From Alphaproteobacteria bacterium (GTDB taxonomy: Bacteria; Pseudomonadota; Alphaproteobacteria; UBA8366), in assembly GCA_965228425.1 (NCBI GenBank), contig OZ245815.1, positions 1,626,185 to 1,690,184 on the forward strand: a stretch of DNA of 64,000 nt, read 5' to 3'. Positions 9,294 through 18,124 of this stretch are shown here, piece by piece (the stretch's first letter is position 1; every line of letters starts with the position of its first letter). The translations under genes were made by a program, and so were the position numbers. The notes below the pieces were generated by a model. The model did not search any database. It worked only from the letters and a program-made list of their open reading frames with translations, and was not told where the DNA came from.

Positions 9294-10517
9294 ATGAACG
9301 ATCTGCTGAAGGGGCTACGGATTGTCGAGGTGTCGGCGTTCATCGCTGCGCCCTACGCCGGCCTCGTGTTGGGACAGATGGGAGCGGACGTCATCCGGAT
9401 CGACCCGATCGGTGGCGGACTGGATTATCGGCGCTGGCCGGTGACGGACAAAGGTACGAGTCTCTACTGGACCGGGCTGAACAAGGGCAAGCGGTCGATC
9501 ACGTTGAATGTTCGCGAAGCGGAAGGGCGTGAAGTCGCTCAATCGCTGATGACCCAGCTCGGCGATGCGAATGGGTTCTTGCTGACCAATCTGCCGGCGC
9601 GGGGTTGGCTCGATTACGAAGGTTTGAAATCCCGGCGCGATGATCTGGTGATGATGAACATCACCGGCAACCGTGATGGATCGGTTGCGCTGGACTATAC
9701 CGTCAACGCCGCGGCTGGTTTCCCGACCGTTACCGGCCCCGAACATCAGAACCGTCCGGTCAATCATGTGATGCCGGTTTGGGATGTCGTCGCAGCCATG
9801 TCGGCGGTTCAGGGCATTCTCGTCGCCGAGCGCCATCGGCGTGCGACCGGGGAGGGGCAGTTTATGCAGGTGGCCTTGTCGGATACGGCCTTCGCGACAT
9901 TAAGTCATCTCGGATATATCGGTGAGGTGCAGATCAACGGCAATGTACGGCCAAAAACCGGCAACCATGTTTACGGCACCTACGGTCAGGATTTCGAGAC
10001 GGGCGACGGACGCCGGGTGATGATCACCGCCTTCACGCCACGTCACTGGAAGGCCTTGGTGAAGGCTACGGGAACAGTGGAAAAAATGGATCAGGTTGCA
10101 AAGCTGTTCGATCTTGATCTTGCCAAGGAGGAGGATCGCTTCGAAGCCCGCGACACGATCACAGCTGTTCTGCGGCCGTGGTTCGAAGGGCGGACATTGC
10201 AGCAAATTGCGGATGCCATGAAGGCCGAAGGGGCGTGTTGGGGTCCGTATCAGACATTCGCTCAGGCCGTGGCGGAAGATCCGCGGCTTTCGACCGAAAA
10301 TCCGATGTTTCAGCAAATCGATCAGCCCGGGATCGGAAAGCTGACGGCGGCGGGCGGTATGATCGATTTCTCGAACGCCGCACGGGAAACCGTTCAACCG
10401 GCGCCGGTCCTTGGCCAACACACCGATGAAGTACTGGGCGATGTTTTGGGTTTGTCGTCGGGTGAGATCGGCGGATTGCACGATCGGGGCATCGTGGCGG
10501 GTCCTGTCGCCGACTAG
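9294..10517 (+). CDS. family III CoA-transferase (CaiB/BaiF); resembles the mesaconyl-CoA C1-C4 (2-methylfumaryl-CoA isomerase, Mct) subgroup
   Basis: GLRIVEVSAFIAAPYAGLVLGQMGADVIRIDPIGGGLDYRRWP and GKRSITLN are typical family III motifs. The subgroup suggestion comes from memory of Mct-like sequences and is unverified. AAGGAA lies 7 nt before ATG 9294; the track start is GTG 9291. Confidence 0.8.
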   Translation: MNDLLKGLRIVEVSAFIAAPYAGLVLGQMGADVIRIDPIGGGLDYRRWPVTDKGTSLYWTGLNKGKRSITLNVREAEGREVAQSLMTQLGDANGFLLTNLPARGWLDYEGLKSRRDDLVMMNITGNRDGSVALDYTVNAAAGFPTVTGPEHQNRPVNHVMPVWDVVAAMSAVQGILVAERHRRATGEGQFMQVALSDTAFATLSHLGYIGEVQINGNVRPKTGNHVYGTYGQDFETGDGRRVMITAFTPRHWKALVKATGTVEKMDQVAKLFDLDLAKEEDRFEARDTITAVLRPWFEGRTLQQIADAMKAEGACWGPYQTFAQAVAEDPRLSTENPMFQQIDQPGIGKLTAAGGMIDFSNAARETVQPAPVLGQHTDEVLGDVLGLSSGEIGGLHDRGIVAGPVAD

Positions 10518-10646
10518 ACCAAGTTTCGCAAAGCCGTATCGATTGGGCTGAACCCGGCTGACAAGACCGCATGTAGCTGGTAGGGAATCTGTGTCGGCGC
10601 GGTCCGCGCTTTGGCACAGCAAAAATTCGCTTGGGAGAATACCGAT

Positions 10647-11654
10647 ATGCGCGCAGTCGTCCTTCACGAACATGGCGGTCCGGACAATCTTGTCCTTGAA
10701 GAGAATTATCCGGACCCAAAGGCCGGGCCTGGAGACGTGGTGCTGCGCGTCAAAGCGACGTCATTGAATTATCACGATATTTTCACGCGTCGCGGCATGC
10801 CGGGAATCAAATTGAACCTGCCGGTCATCTGTGGCCTCGATGTCGCCGGTGAGATCGCGGAGATCGGTCCAGAGGTCGACGGTTGGTCGGTCGGCGATCG
10901 GGTTTTGGTCGACCCGTTGAACCGCGTTGAGGGCGGTCTGATGGGCGAAACGGTGGACGGTGGTTTGGCTGAACTCTGCCGGGCGCGGGCGCATCAGCTC
11001 GTGAAAATTCCTGACGGCGTGAGTTTTGCGGATGCAGCGGCGCTGCCGGTGGCTTTCGGCACTGCGCATCGGATGATGTTCACCAATGGCGGCATATCCG
11101 AAGGTGAGCGCTGTCTCGTTTTGGGTGCCAGCGGCGGTGTTGGGAGCTGTTGCGTCATTCTCGCCAAGATGGCTGGAGCCGAAGTCGTCGCCGCGACGAG
11201 CAGTGAGGAAAAGGGGAAGCGGCTGCGCGAAATGGGCGCAGACCATATCATCGATTACATCAACGACGACTTTGTCAAAGAGATATGGAAGCTCTATGAG
11301 AAGCCGCACCGCCGGACGTTCGACGGTGGCGTCAACATGGTCGTGAACTTTACCGGCGGTGATACCTGGGTGCCGTCCTTCCGTTGCCTTCAGCGCGGTG
11401 GCCGCATGGTTACGTGTGGCGCCACCGCGGGGTTCGATCCGAAGACTGACCTGCGGTTCATTTGGACTTTCGAGTTGAAAATTCTCGGATCCAACAGTTG
11501 GGCCCGTGAGGATTTGGAAGCGCTGCTGGGATACATCCAGGACGGCAAGATGAAGATGCCGATCGACAATGTTTATCCGCTCGAGGAAGCCCGCGAAGCG
11601 TTGCGCGTTATCGAGGATCGCGAAGTTATCGGCAAGGTGATCGTCCAACCATGA
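10647..11654 (+). CDS. zinc-type/MDR alcohol dehydrogenase or quinone-oxidoreductase family protein
   Basis: MRAVVLHEHGGPDNL..., VLGASGGVGSCCVILAKMAGAEV (Rossmann GxGxxG) and the C-terminal GKVIV. GGGAGA RBS before ATG 10647; the track start is TTG 10611. Confidence 0.8.
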   Translation: MRAVVLHEHGGPDNLVLEENYPDPKAGPGDVVLRVKATSLNYHDIFTRRGMPGIKLNLPVICGLDVAGEIAEIGPEVDGWSVGDRVLVDPLNRVEGGLMGETVDGGLAELCRARAHQLVKIPDGVSFADAAALPVAFGTAHRMMFTNGGISEGERCLVLGASGGVGSCCVILAKMAGAEVVAATSSEEKGKRLREMGADHIIDYINDDFVKEIWKLYEKPHRRTFDGGVNMVVNFTGGDTWVPSFRCLQRGGRMVTCGATAGFDPKTDLRFIWTFELKILGSNSWAREDLEALLGYIQDGKMKMPIDNVYPLEEAREALRVIEDREVIGKVIVQP

Positions 11655-13156
11655 GCGTGGCGGACTTTAATTTCGGCCGCCTTTTCCAGGATCATGTCGA
11701 TGGCGACCGGCTCGCCGCGATCGATTTGACGACCTTCGACCGGCCGCGCGAGGTGACGTATCGGGAATTGGACGCCTGCTGTGACGCCATAGCGCGCGGT
11801 TTGGTGGCTGCGGGATTTGGCGCCGGCGACCGCATCGGTCTGCTGGCTTTGAACCGGTGGGAATACCTGGCGGTGTTGTTCGGCACGATGCGTGCCGGTT
11901 GTGTCCCGGTTCCGGTGAACAATAAGCTGCCCGCGGATGCCGTCGAGTATGTCTTGCGCGATTCCGGAGCGCGGCTCGTTTTTTCCGAAGCGCCGTTGCG
12001 GAAGCTCGTGCCGGACGACATTACCTTCGTTGACCTTGATTCCGACTTCGACGAATTCTGCGACCCAGGACAGTTCGAGTCATTGGAGCCCGGGGTCGAC
12101 CGGGTCTCGATGCAGCCCTACACCTCCGGCACGACCGGCAAGCCCAAGGGCGTGTTGTTGACGCACGATCGCCAGATTTGGGCGGCCCGAACCCTGGTCG
12201 AGTACCGCCGTCTGGTTGCCGACGACCGCATCCTTATCTCGGCGCCGTTCTTCCATAAGAACGCGCTGGTTGCCATCAAGACCGCGTTGTTGCCGGGCGC
12301 TTGTCTCGTCATCCTGCCGAAGTTCGATGTCGCGCAGTCGATCCAGGCGATCGCCGACCACAAATGCACCATGACGACCGGCGTGCCAACGATGATGTAT
12401 ATGATCCTCCAAGAGGAGGAATTGCTCGCATCCACGGATACGTCGTCGATCCGCACGATCAGTATGGGGTCGGCGCCGTGTTCCGAAAGCTTGCTCGACG
12501 GCTTGAAGCGCCACTTTCCCCAGGCGGAAATCAATCTGAATTACGGAACGACCGAAGGTGGACCGATCATGTTGGGTTGGTACCATCCCGACGGATTGCC
12601 AAGGCCGCTCCACAGTGTCGGCTACCCGATCCCCGGCTGCGAGTTCAAGTTCATCGACGGCCCGCATGCGAAGGAAGGCGAGTTGATCTGTCGCAATCCT
12701 GGCGTTGCCCTTGGGTATCACAATCTTCCCGAGGTGACCGCCGAACGGTTCGTCGATGGTTGGTACCATACCGGTGACGTGATGCGGCAGGACGAGGACG
12801 GCTGGTTCTACTTCATCGGCCGAACCGACGACATGTTCGTCTGCGGCGGCGAGAATATTTACCCGTCCGAAGTCGAGGCATTGCTCGAACGGCACGACGA
12901 CATCGTGCAGGCGGCGGTCCTCCCTTTCGATGACGAACGCAAGGGGCAACTGCCGTACGCCTTTGTCGTTCCGCGCGAAGGCGTCACGCTTGACGTCGGC
13001 AGCGTAAAGCAATTCGCCCTCGCCAACGGACCGGCCTATGCGCATCCGCGCGAAGTTTTCTTCCTGCCCGAGATGCCGCTCAGCGGCACCAACAAGATCG
13101 ATCGAATAGCGCTGCGCAACCACGTTGCCGCCGCTTCACAAAATCCGGAAAGTTGA
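11651..13156 (+). CDS. AMP-dependent acyl-CoA synthetase/ligase (ANL superfamily)
   Basis: Motifs YTSGTTGKPKGVLLTH, YGTTEGG, WYHTGD and the C-terminal SGTNKIDR. ATGA start/stop overlap with the upstream MDR gene. Confidence 0.85.
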   Translation: MSVADFNFGRLFQDHVDGDRLAAIDLTTFDRPREVTYRELDACCDAIARGLVAAGFGAGDRIGLLALNRWEYLAVLFGTMRAGCVPVPVNNKLPADAVEYVLRDSGARLVFSEAPLRKLVPDDITFVDLDSDFDEFCDPGQFESLEPGVDRVSMQPYTSGTTGKPKGVLLTHDRQIWAARTLVEYRRLVADDRILISAPFFHKNALVAIKTALLPGACLVILPKFDVAQSIQAIADHKCTMTTGVPTMMYMILQEEELLASTDTSSIRTISMGSAPCSESLLDGLKRHFPQAEINLNYGTTEGGPIMLGWYHPDGLPRPLHSVGYPIPGCEFKFIDGPHAKEGELICRNPGVALGYHNLPEVTAERFVDGWYHTGDVMRQDEDGWFYFIGRTDDMFVCGGENIYPSEVEALLERHDDIVQAAVLPFDDERKGQLPYAFVVPREGVTLDVGSVKQFALANGPAYAHPREVFFLPEMPLSGTNKIDRIALRNHVAAASQNPES

Positions 13157-13160
13157 CACC

Positions 13161-13580
13161 ATGCCCGAAAATAAAATGACCCGCGAAGAACTCCACGCCC
13201 GCATCACCCAAGCGCCTTTCCATCAATGGCTCGGCCTGGAGGTCACGGGGGCTGACGAGGACGGGATCGACGTTCGTATTCCGTGGCGCGACGAATTCGT
13301 GGTCAATGTGGAAGTCGGCTATGCGCATGGCGGCATTCTTGCCACGGTGATCGACGTGGTCGGTGATTTTGCGTTGGCCGCCAAGCTCGGACGCCCCTAT
13401 CCAACCGTCGACATGCGGGTCGATTATCACCGCGCAGCGATGCCGGGTGATATGCATGCCCGTGGGCAGGTGGTGAAACTCGGCAAGATGTTTTCGGTTG
13501 CCGAGACATCGGTCCATGATTCCAACGGAAAACTGTTGGCCAGCGGCCGTGCCGTTTATGCGGTTGCCGCGCCAAAGTAG
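13161..13580 (+). CDS. PaaI-family hot-dog thioesterase
   Basis: About 140 aa with HQWLGLEV ... GYAHGGILATVIDVV, the PaaI/4HBT pattern. ATG 13161 lies 4 nt after the ligase stop; the track start 13125 overlaps the ligase gene. Confidence 0.75.
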   Translation: MPENKMTREELHARITQAPFHQWLGLEVTGADEDGIDVRIPWRDEFVVNVEVGYAHGGILATVIDVVGDFALAAKLGRPYPTVDMRVDYHRAAMPGDMHARGQVVKLGKMFSVAETSVHDSNGKLLASGRAVYAVAAPK

Positions 13581-13613
13581 TCGTTCTCTTTTAGGGCGGC
13601 TGCAACCCTCCTC

Positions 13614-14567
13614 TTAAAATCCCCTCTCGATTTCCCTCTCTAACGCGCGGGCCACCAGCGCCTGCATCAATGTGACCACGGCGGCATTATCCTGAACGGG
13701 AATGCCGTCGACGGCGGCGATCCGTTTCCCCGTGCCGCCATCGGTCAGACCCAATCCCACCCCCACATGTTCCAGTGCGATTTCTTCCTCCGGCGTATGG
13801 CAGAGCGAGGCGTCGCCGCGTTGTACCGCCAGCGCGGCGCAGACGCCGTATGCGCCGAGATTCGATGACGTTGCGACAACCAAGACGTCGGTCGCTACAG
13901 CCGACACGATCCCGCCGCCGCAGGGTGTGATGTCCGCCTTGTTGAGGTCGGGCATCGTCTCGATCAGCACGTCGTGAATCTTCCCAAACCCGATTTCGTT
14001 GCCGCCGTCACCGATCGAGAGTGTCGGTTTTCCGGCCTTTGTCATTTCGGCGAACAGATGATCGACATTGCAACGGAAGGACTCCCGAGAGATCCCGGTC
14101 GCTCCATAGGTGATTCCGTTGACGTTGCCGCCCAGGCGTTCTATCGCGACGGCGAAGTCGAGGGCGCCGGCGATATCGCTCTGTTGGGTTTTGTCGTTGA
14201 GTACCAATTCCTCGACGGGAACGGCGACCGAACGGCGCTCAAGCAGGGCGCGGAAGGGTTCGGCCGCGGGTGGATCGGTGTAAACCGTGACCGTATGGCC
14301 GATCTTGGTGAGCGCCTCGGCGAGCACGACGCTGCCAAACGGCCCGTCATTCTCGCCGTTCGGCATATGGTCCGGGACGGCGGCCCCGCTGACGATGCCA
14401 ATGTGGCAGGGCGGCCGGTCCAGCATTTCCGCCGCGGCCATCACCAGCGGTTTATCGCTGGTCGCGCGGGCCGCTTCATAGAGCCGCCACTTCACGCCAC
14501 GCGGCAGGCCGCGACCTTGTATTTCCAGGCATTGCAGACGGTCGATATTTTCGCAGGCGATGAGCAT
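13614..14567 (-). CDS. DUF4392 / D-glutamate-cyclase-like domain protein
   Basis: 317 aa. AIERLGGNVNGITY and SIGDGGNEIGFGK match my recollection of the DUF4392 (DGLUCY C-terminal) family. The assignment is from memory only. Confidence 0.5.
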   Translation of the reverse strand: MLIACENIDRLQCLEIQGRGLPRGVKWRLYEAARATSDKPLVMAAAEMLDRPPCHIGIVSGAAVPDHMPNGENDGPFGSVVLAEALTKIGHTVTVYTDPPAAEPFRALLERRSVAVPVEELVLNDKTQQSDIAGALDFAVAIERLGGNVNGITYGATGISRESFRCNVDHLFAEMTKAGKPTLSIGDGGNEIGFGKIHDVLIETMPDLNKADITPCGGGIVSAVATDVLVVATSSNLGAYGVCAALAVQRGDASLCHTPEEEIALEHVGVGLGLTDGGTGKRIAAVDGIPVQDNAAVVTLMQALVARALEREIERGF

Positions 14568-14601
14568 AAGGGGTCCATGGCGTTGCTTTTGGCGGGAGCC
14601 C

Positions 14602-15594
14602 CTATTTTAGCAGAATGTTGCTCACTTCCTTCAATTGCGTGCGCGACCGGAGGAGGTAGAAACCTTGCACCGCGAGATGGCTCGGCGCGAACATGCCGTC
14701 ATTGGCGCCATTGGAGATGATCAACGGGTCCATCTCGGCGGCGGTGCGCAAACTGTCGAGCATCTGCTGCCACACATTTTCGACATTCTTTTCCGCAAGC
14801 ACGGACTGGAAGTCTACCCCCAGTTCCCGAAGGATCATGTAATAGCCGTACAGCCGGCCCTTCGTGGAATAGAAAATGTCGTCGGCGTCGGTGTCGAACC
14901 AGCCGAGGTTGGACTCGATTGCCCGTTGGTCGAGCGTTGCCGATGCGCTACCGAGGTCGAGACTCACGCGCTCAAGAAAGGCGATCAGGTTGTCCGCCCG
15001 GCGGTCGAACACGGCGGAGCCGTCGTTCAGGCGTTCGTTATACCGCTGCAGGCTCTTCATCGCGGCGCGGTACTGTTTCTCTGCGCTGGCGGTGGGCAAC
15101 AGCGATGTGGAAGGGTCCCAATGCCAGATCGTGCCGTCGTATTTCAACAGGCCGGAGGCCTTGTCCAGGTCCTCGTCGACCTGGCTCGACCCTCTCGTGC
15201 GGCCCAGCACGTCGGTCATCTCGATGGCGAAGCGTGATACGGCGTAAACCTGTCCGACTTGGAAATTCGGCATATTGTCGAGCATGGAGGACGGAAACAC
15301 GAACGGCTTGTTTGCCGTCCACGTCGCCTCTTGCGTCTCCCGCTCGATCAACTTCACCGCCATCGCGACCGCGCGGCTGCCATTTGGCAGTTGCTCGCCT
15401 TGCGGCACGGTATATTGCACATCGTCGTTGATCTTGTGCGTCACCAACATACCGATGGGGTAATAGAGGAACGCTATGATGAATAGAATCCCGATGCCGG
15501 TGCCGATGCGTCGGCCCACCGTGCTCGGTTCGTCCGGATTCTTCCGGTTAAGCGACGGCAATTTTTCGCGGATGCTGGTAAGCAAGGCGTTCAT
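14602..15594 (-). CDS. DUF2333-like membrane-anchored protein
   Basis: 330 aa with one N-terminal TM helix (IGTGIGILFIIAFLYYPIGML). The motifs LDNMPNFQVG, LGRTRGSS and FDRRADNL resemble the DUF2333 family as I remember it. No function is known. Confidence 0.4.
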   Translation of the reverse strand: MNALLTSIREKLPSLNRKNPDEPSTVGRRIGTGIGILFIIAFLYYPIGMLVTHKINDDVQYTVPQGEQLPNGSRAVAMAVKLIERETQEATWTANKPFVFPSSMLDNMPNFQVGQVYAVSRFAIEMTDVLGRTRGSSQVDEDLDKASGLLKYDGTIWHWDPSTSLLPTASAEKQYRAAMKSLQRYNERLNDGSAVFDRRADNLIAFLERVSLDLGSASATLDQRAIESNLGWFDTDADDIFYSTKGRLYGYYMILRELGVDFQSVLAEKNVENVWQQMLDSLRTAAEMDPLIISNGANDGMFAPSHLAVQGFYLLRSRTQLKEVSNILLK

Positions 15595-15602
15595 CGATGG
15601 TC

Positions 15603-15670
15603 AAATCCGTTCTTCCTGGACGCAGTTTGCGCCCCGACCGCCTACATATAGGCATTATTCAAACGGATTT
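15603..15670 (-). promoter_or_regulatory. 9-bp inverted repeat AAATCCGTT / AACGGATTT separated by 50 nt in the leader of the DUF2333-like gene
   Basis: The proximal arm lies 8-17 nt upstream of ATG 15594, where an RBS would be expected. This could be a long-range stem that occludes translation initiation. Confidence 0.25.
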
Positions 15671-15723
15671 TAATGCTTTCCGATGCCGAAGGGTCGTCTC
15701 GACGTAATCCGGGAATTACGTTC

Positions 15724-17109
15724 CTATTCCGCGGCTTGGGTAGACTGGTCGGACGGCGCTTCGCATAACGCCGTCAAATCTTTCATATTTTCGATGTTTT
15801 CCAGGTTTTCAAGCATTTGGAATAAGGGTGCGATCTGATCCGCCGGCAGGACGCGGGAGGCGCAATCGCTGAATTTAACCCGCATTTCCTCGTCGGACAT
15901 CGGGTTTGGCCGGCCCCGGCCCATCAAATACTCGGTTTTCTCCGACAGCTTGGTGCCGTCGCGGGTCGTGACGATCACTTCCGAACACCACGGCTTGTCG
16001 GTCATCGTCGGGTGCGGAGCGACGTCGCAGAGCCCGAGAAGTTCTTGGGCCTGCTTGTCCGCCCAGGCATCGCCCTCGAAATGATCGAGTACGACCTTGC
16101 CGTGCATCAAGGCGCGCGACACGCAGTATTGCACGCTGAATTTGGCCTCCAGCGGGCTCGAGACGGTCGGGTTGTTGGTATGCGGCAAGCGCTGAGCGTG
16201 ACTATAGATCTGAATATGCTTCACGTTCTCTGGGGTCAGTCCATGTTTCTCCACCAGATTGAGCATCATGGTGATCGCCATGTGGGTGCTGCCGCAACAG
16301 GGGAACTGCTTGATGCCGAGGCCGGGTTCGAGAACTTCGAGCGGATCGCACCAGTTTTCGAAAATCTTGCCGGCGTCGTATGTGCCGGGGCCGTTGAACA
16401 CTTCGAAAAAGCCTTGTTTGTCTTCAAACGCATCGTCGTTCGACGTGAAGCCGCCTTGTGCCAGGAATACGGCGAATACACCGTTGCGCGTGTTTTGGCC
16501 GACATGCAGCGGCTTGGTCATCGTCCCGAAATTCGCTTTGACGCCCGAGGCGAGGGATACGGCGATCGCCAAGGCCCGACTGGTCTGTTCTTCGTCGAGC
16601 CCCAGCATCCGGGAGGCCGCCGCGACGGTGCCGAAGATGCCGAGCGTCGCCGTCGGATGCCAGCCCTTTTCGTAATGGGTGAAATTCACGCCGCGCCCGA
16701 CCTTGCATTCGGTCTCGTATCCGATGACGTAGGCGGCGAGCGCATCCCGCCCGCTTTTTCCGAATTGCTCGCCGAGCGCGACGATTGGCGGGACAAGCAT
16801 GACCGACGGATGCCCACCCATGACCGGGCTGACATCGTCGTAGTCGAGGGCGTGCGAGGCGGTGCCGTTTATCAGGATTGCGTCTAAGGCCGCTGTCCGC
16901 TTGTTGCCGCCGAAGATCAGGCACGGGCCGTCCTGCTCGGCGATGCCGGGGACGGCGGCTGGAATTTGCGTGGTTGGCTCGGGCGCACCGGCGAAGGTAA
17001 CGCCGATGGTGTCGGTGATCGCATGTTTCGCCCAAAAGAGGGCATCGTCGGAGATGTCCTCGTAGCGAAAGGCCAGAATTCGCTTGGCAAGTTCCTGCGT
17101 CACGCTCAT
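15724..17109 (-). CDS. MmgE/PrpD-family protein (2-methylcitrate dehydratase superfamily)
   Basis: The N-terminus ILAFRYEDISDDALFWAKHAITDTIGV, plus ASHALDYDD and HP...G patterns, are typical of MmgE/PrpD. ATG 17109 is preceded by GAGGAG. The upstream 34 codons of the track ORF were rejected. Confidence 0.85.
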   Translation of the reverse strand: MSVTQELAKRILAFRYEDISDDALFWAKHAITDTIGVTFAGAPEPTTQIPAAVPGIAEQDGPCLIFGGNKRTAALDAILINGTASHALDYDDVSPVMGGHPSVMLVPPIVALGEQFGKSGRDALAAYVIGYETECKVGRGVNFTHYEKGWHPTATLGIFGTVAAASRMLGLDEEQTSRALAIAVSLASGVKANFGTMTKPLHVGQNTRNGVFAVFLAQGGFTSNDDAFEDKQGFFEVFNGPGTYDAGKIFENWCDPLEVLEPGLGIKQFPCCGSTHMAITMMLNLVEKHGLTPENVKHIQIYSHAQRLPHTNNPTVSSPLEAKFSVQYCVSRALMHGKVVLDHFEGDAWADKQAQELLGLCDVAPHPTMTDKPWCSEVIVTTRDGTKLSEKTEYLMGRGRPNPMSDEEMRVKFSDCASRVLPADQIAPLFQMLENLENIENMKDLTALCEAPSDQSTQAAE

Positions 17110-17245
17110 CGGTGATCTCCTCATCGTCCGGGCTGAAAGGGTCGAATGTCCATTTCTATATCCGATGGAGGCCCATCGCAAAATCCCCGGGTCGCCCCAT
17201 CTCCGGTACATTATGTGAAGACGATCCTAGCATTGTAGAAAAATT

Positions 17246-17270
17246 ATCTTACTTCTATTCTGGGTAAGAT
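17246..17270. promoter_or_regulatory. inverted repeat ATCTTAC-N11-GTAAGAT upstream of the TylF-like methyltransferase gene
   Basis: 7-bp arms in the AT-rich divergent spacer between the PrpD-like and methyltransferase genes. Confidence 0.25.
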
Positions 17271-17276
17271 ATGTGA

Positions 17277-18095
17277 ATGGTCCTCGTTGGCCGCCCGCCG
17301 GGTGAGATATCCGAAAAATCAATGAATCCGTATGACGAGCTTGAGTTTTACAATCATGTTCATCGGGATGCTCCGATTGCGGAGAATATTGAGATTCTCT
17401 TTCGCGGCGCTCAGGTCGCCGGGACCGATTTCTTGCCGCTGTATTTGGACTGTCTCGAAAGGTCCAAAACCGCTGTCGGGTCGTGGAAGATTTTCCGCAG
17501 GGCACAGCGGGCGATCACGCTGGCGCGGTATTTCGAACACACGTTGCCATTGGATGGGAAACGGGCAGAGTGTGGCGTTTTCCAGGGGTTTTCAACATTG
17601 CTGATGGCGCGGATCGCGCGCCAACATGACGCCGATTACCAGGGCGAGGGGTTGCATGCGATCGACAGTTTCGAAGGGTTGAGCCCGCCGACCGAATTCG
17701 ATGCGCTCGGCGTGAACGAGCAGGCCCCCGGTCGGCACGAACTCGTCTATAGCCATCAGGCGGGACATTTTGCGACCTCCATCGACCATGTTCGGAACGT
17801 GTTATCGGATTATTCGGAAATTCAAATTCACAAAGGTTGGATACCCGACGCCTTCGCGCGCCTGCCGCAGTCGCAGTGGGCGTTCGTTCATATCGATGTC
17901 GACCTGTATGCGCCGACCAAGGATAGCCTTGAATACTTCTACCCGAGGCTTGCGCCGGGTGGCGTGATCGTGAATGACGATTTCGGGTCGTCGTTGTTCC
18001 CCGGCGCCGCGCGTGGTTGGCACGAGTTTTTCGAAGCCCGCGACCGCTCCTACGTTATTCTCGACAGTGGCCAGTCGGTCTACATTCACGACTGA
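17277..18095 (+). CDS. TylF/MycF-family class I SAM-dependent (O-)methyltransferase
   Basis: Motifs ECGVFQGFS, DSFEGLSPP, KGWIPDAF and FVHIDVDLYAPTKDSLEYFYPRLAPGGVIVNDDFG. Alternative ATG at 17322. Confidence 0.75.
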   Translation: MVLVGRPPGEISEKSMNPYDELEFYNHVHRDAPIAENIEILFRGAQVAGTDFLPLYLDCLERSKTAVGSWKIFRRAQRAITLARYFEHTLPLDGKRAECGVFQGFSTLLMARIARQHDADYQGEGLHAIDSFEGLSPPTEFDALGVNEQAPGRHELVYSHQAGHFATSIDHVRNVLSDYSEIQIHKGWIPDAFARLPQSQWAFVHIDVDLYAPTKDSLEYFYPRLAPGGVIVNDDFGSSLFPGAARGWHEFFEARDRSYVILDSGQSVYIHD

Positions 18096-18124
18096 CCGAG
18101 AGTCTTCCGCCGTCGCGACACGGT

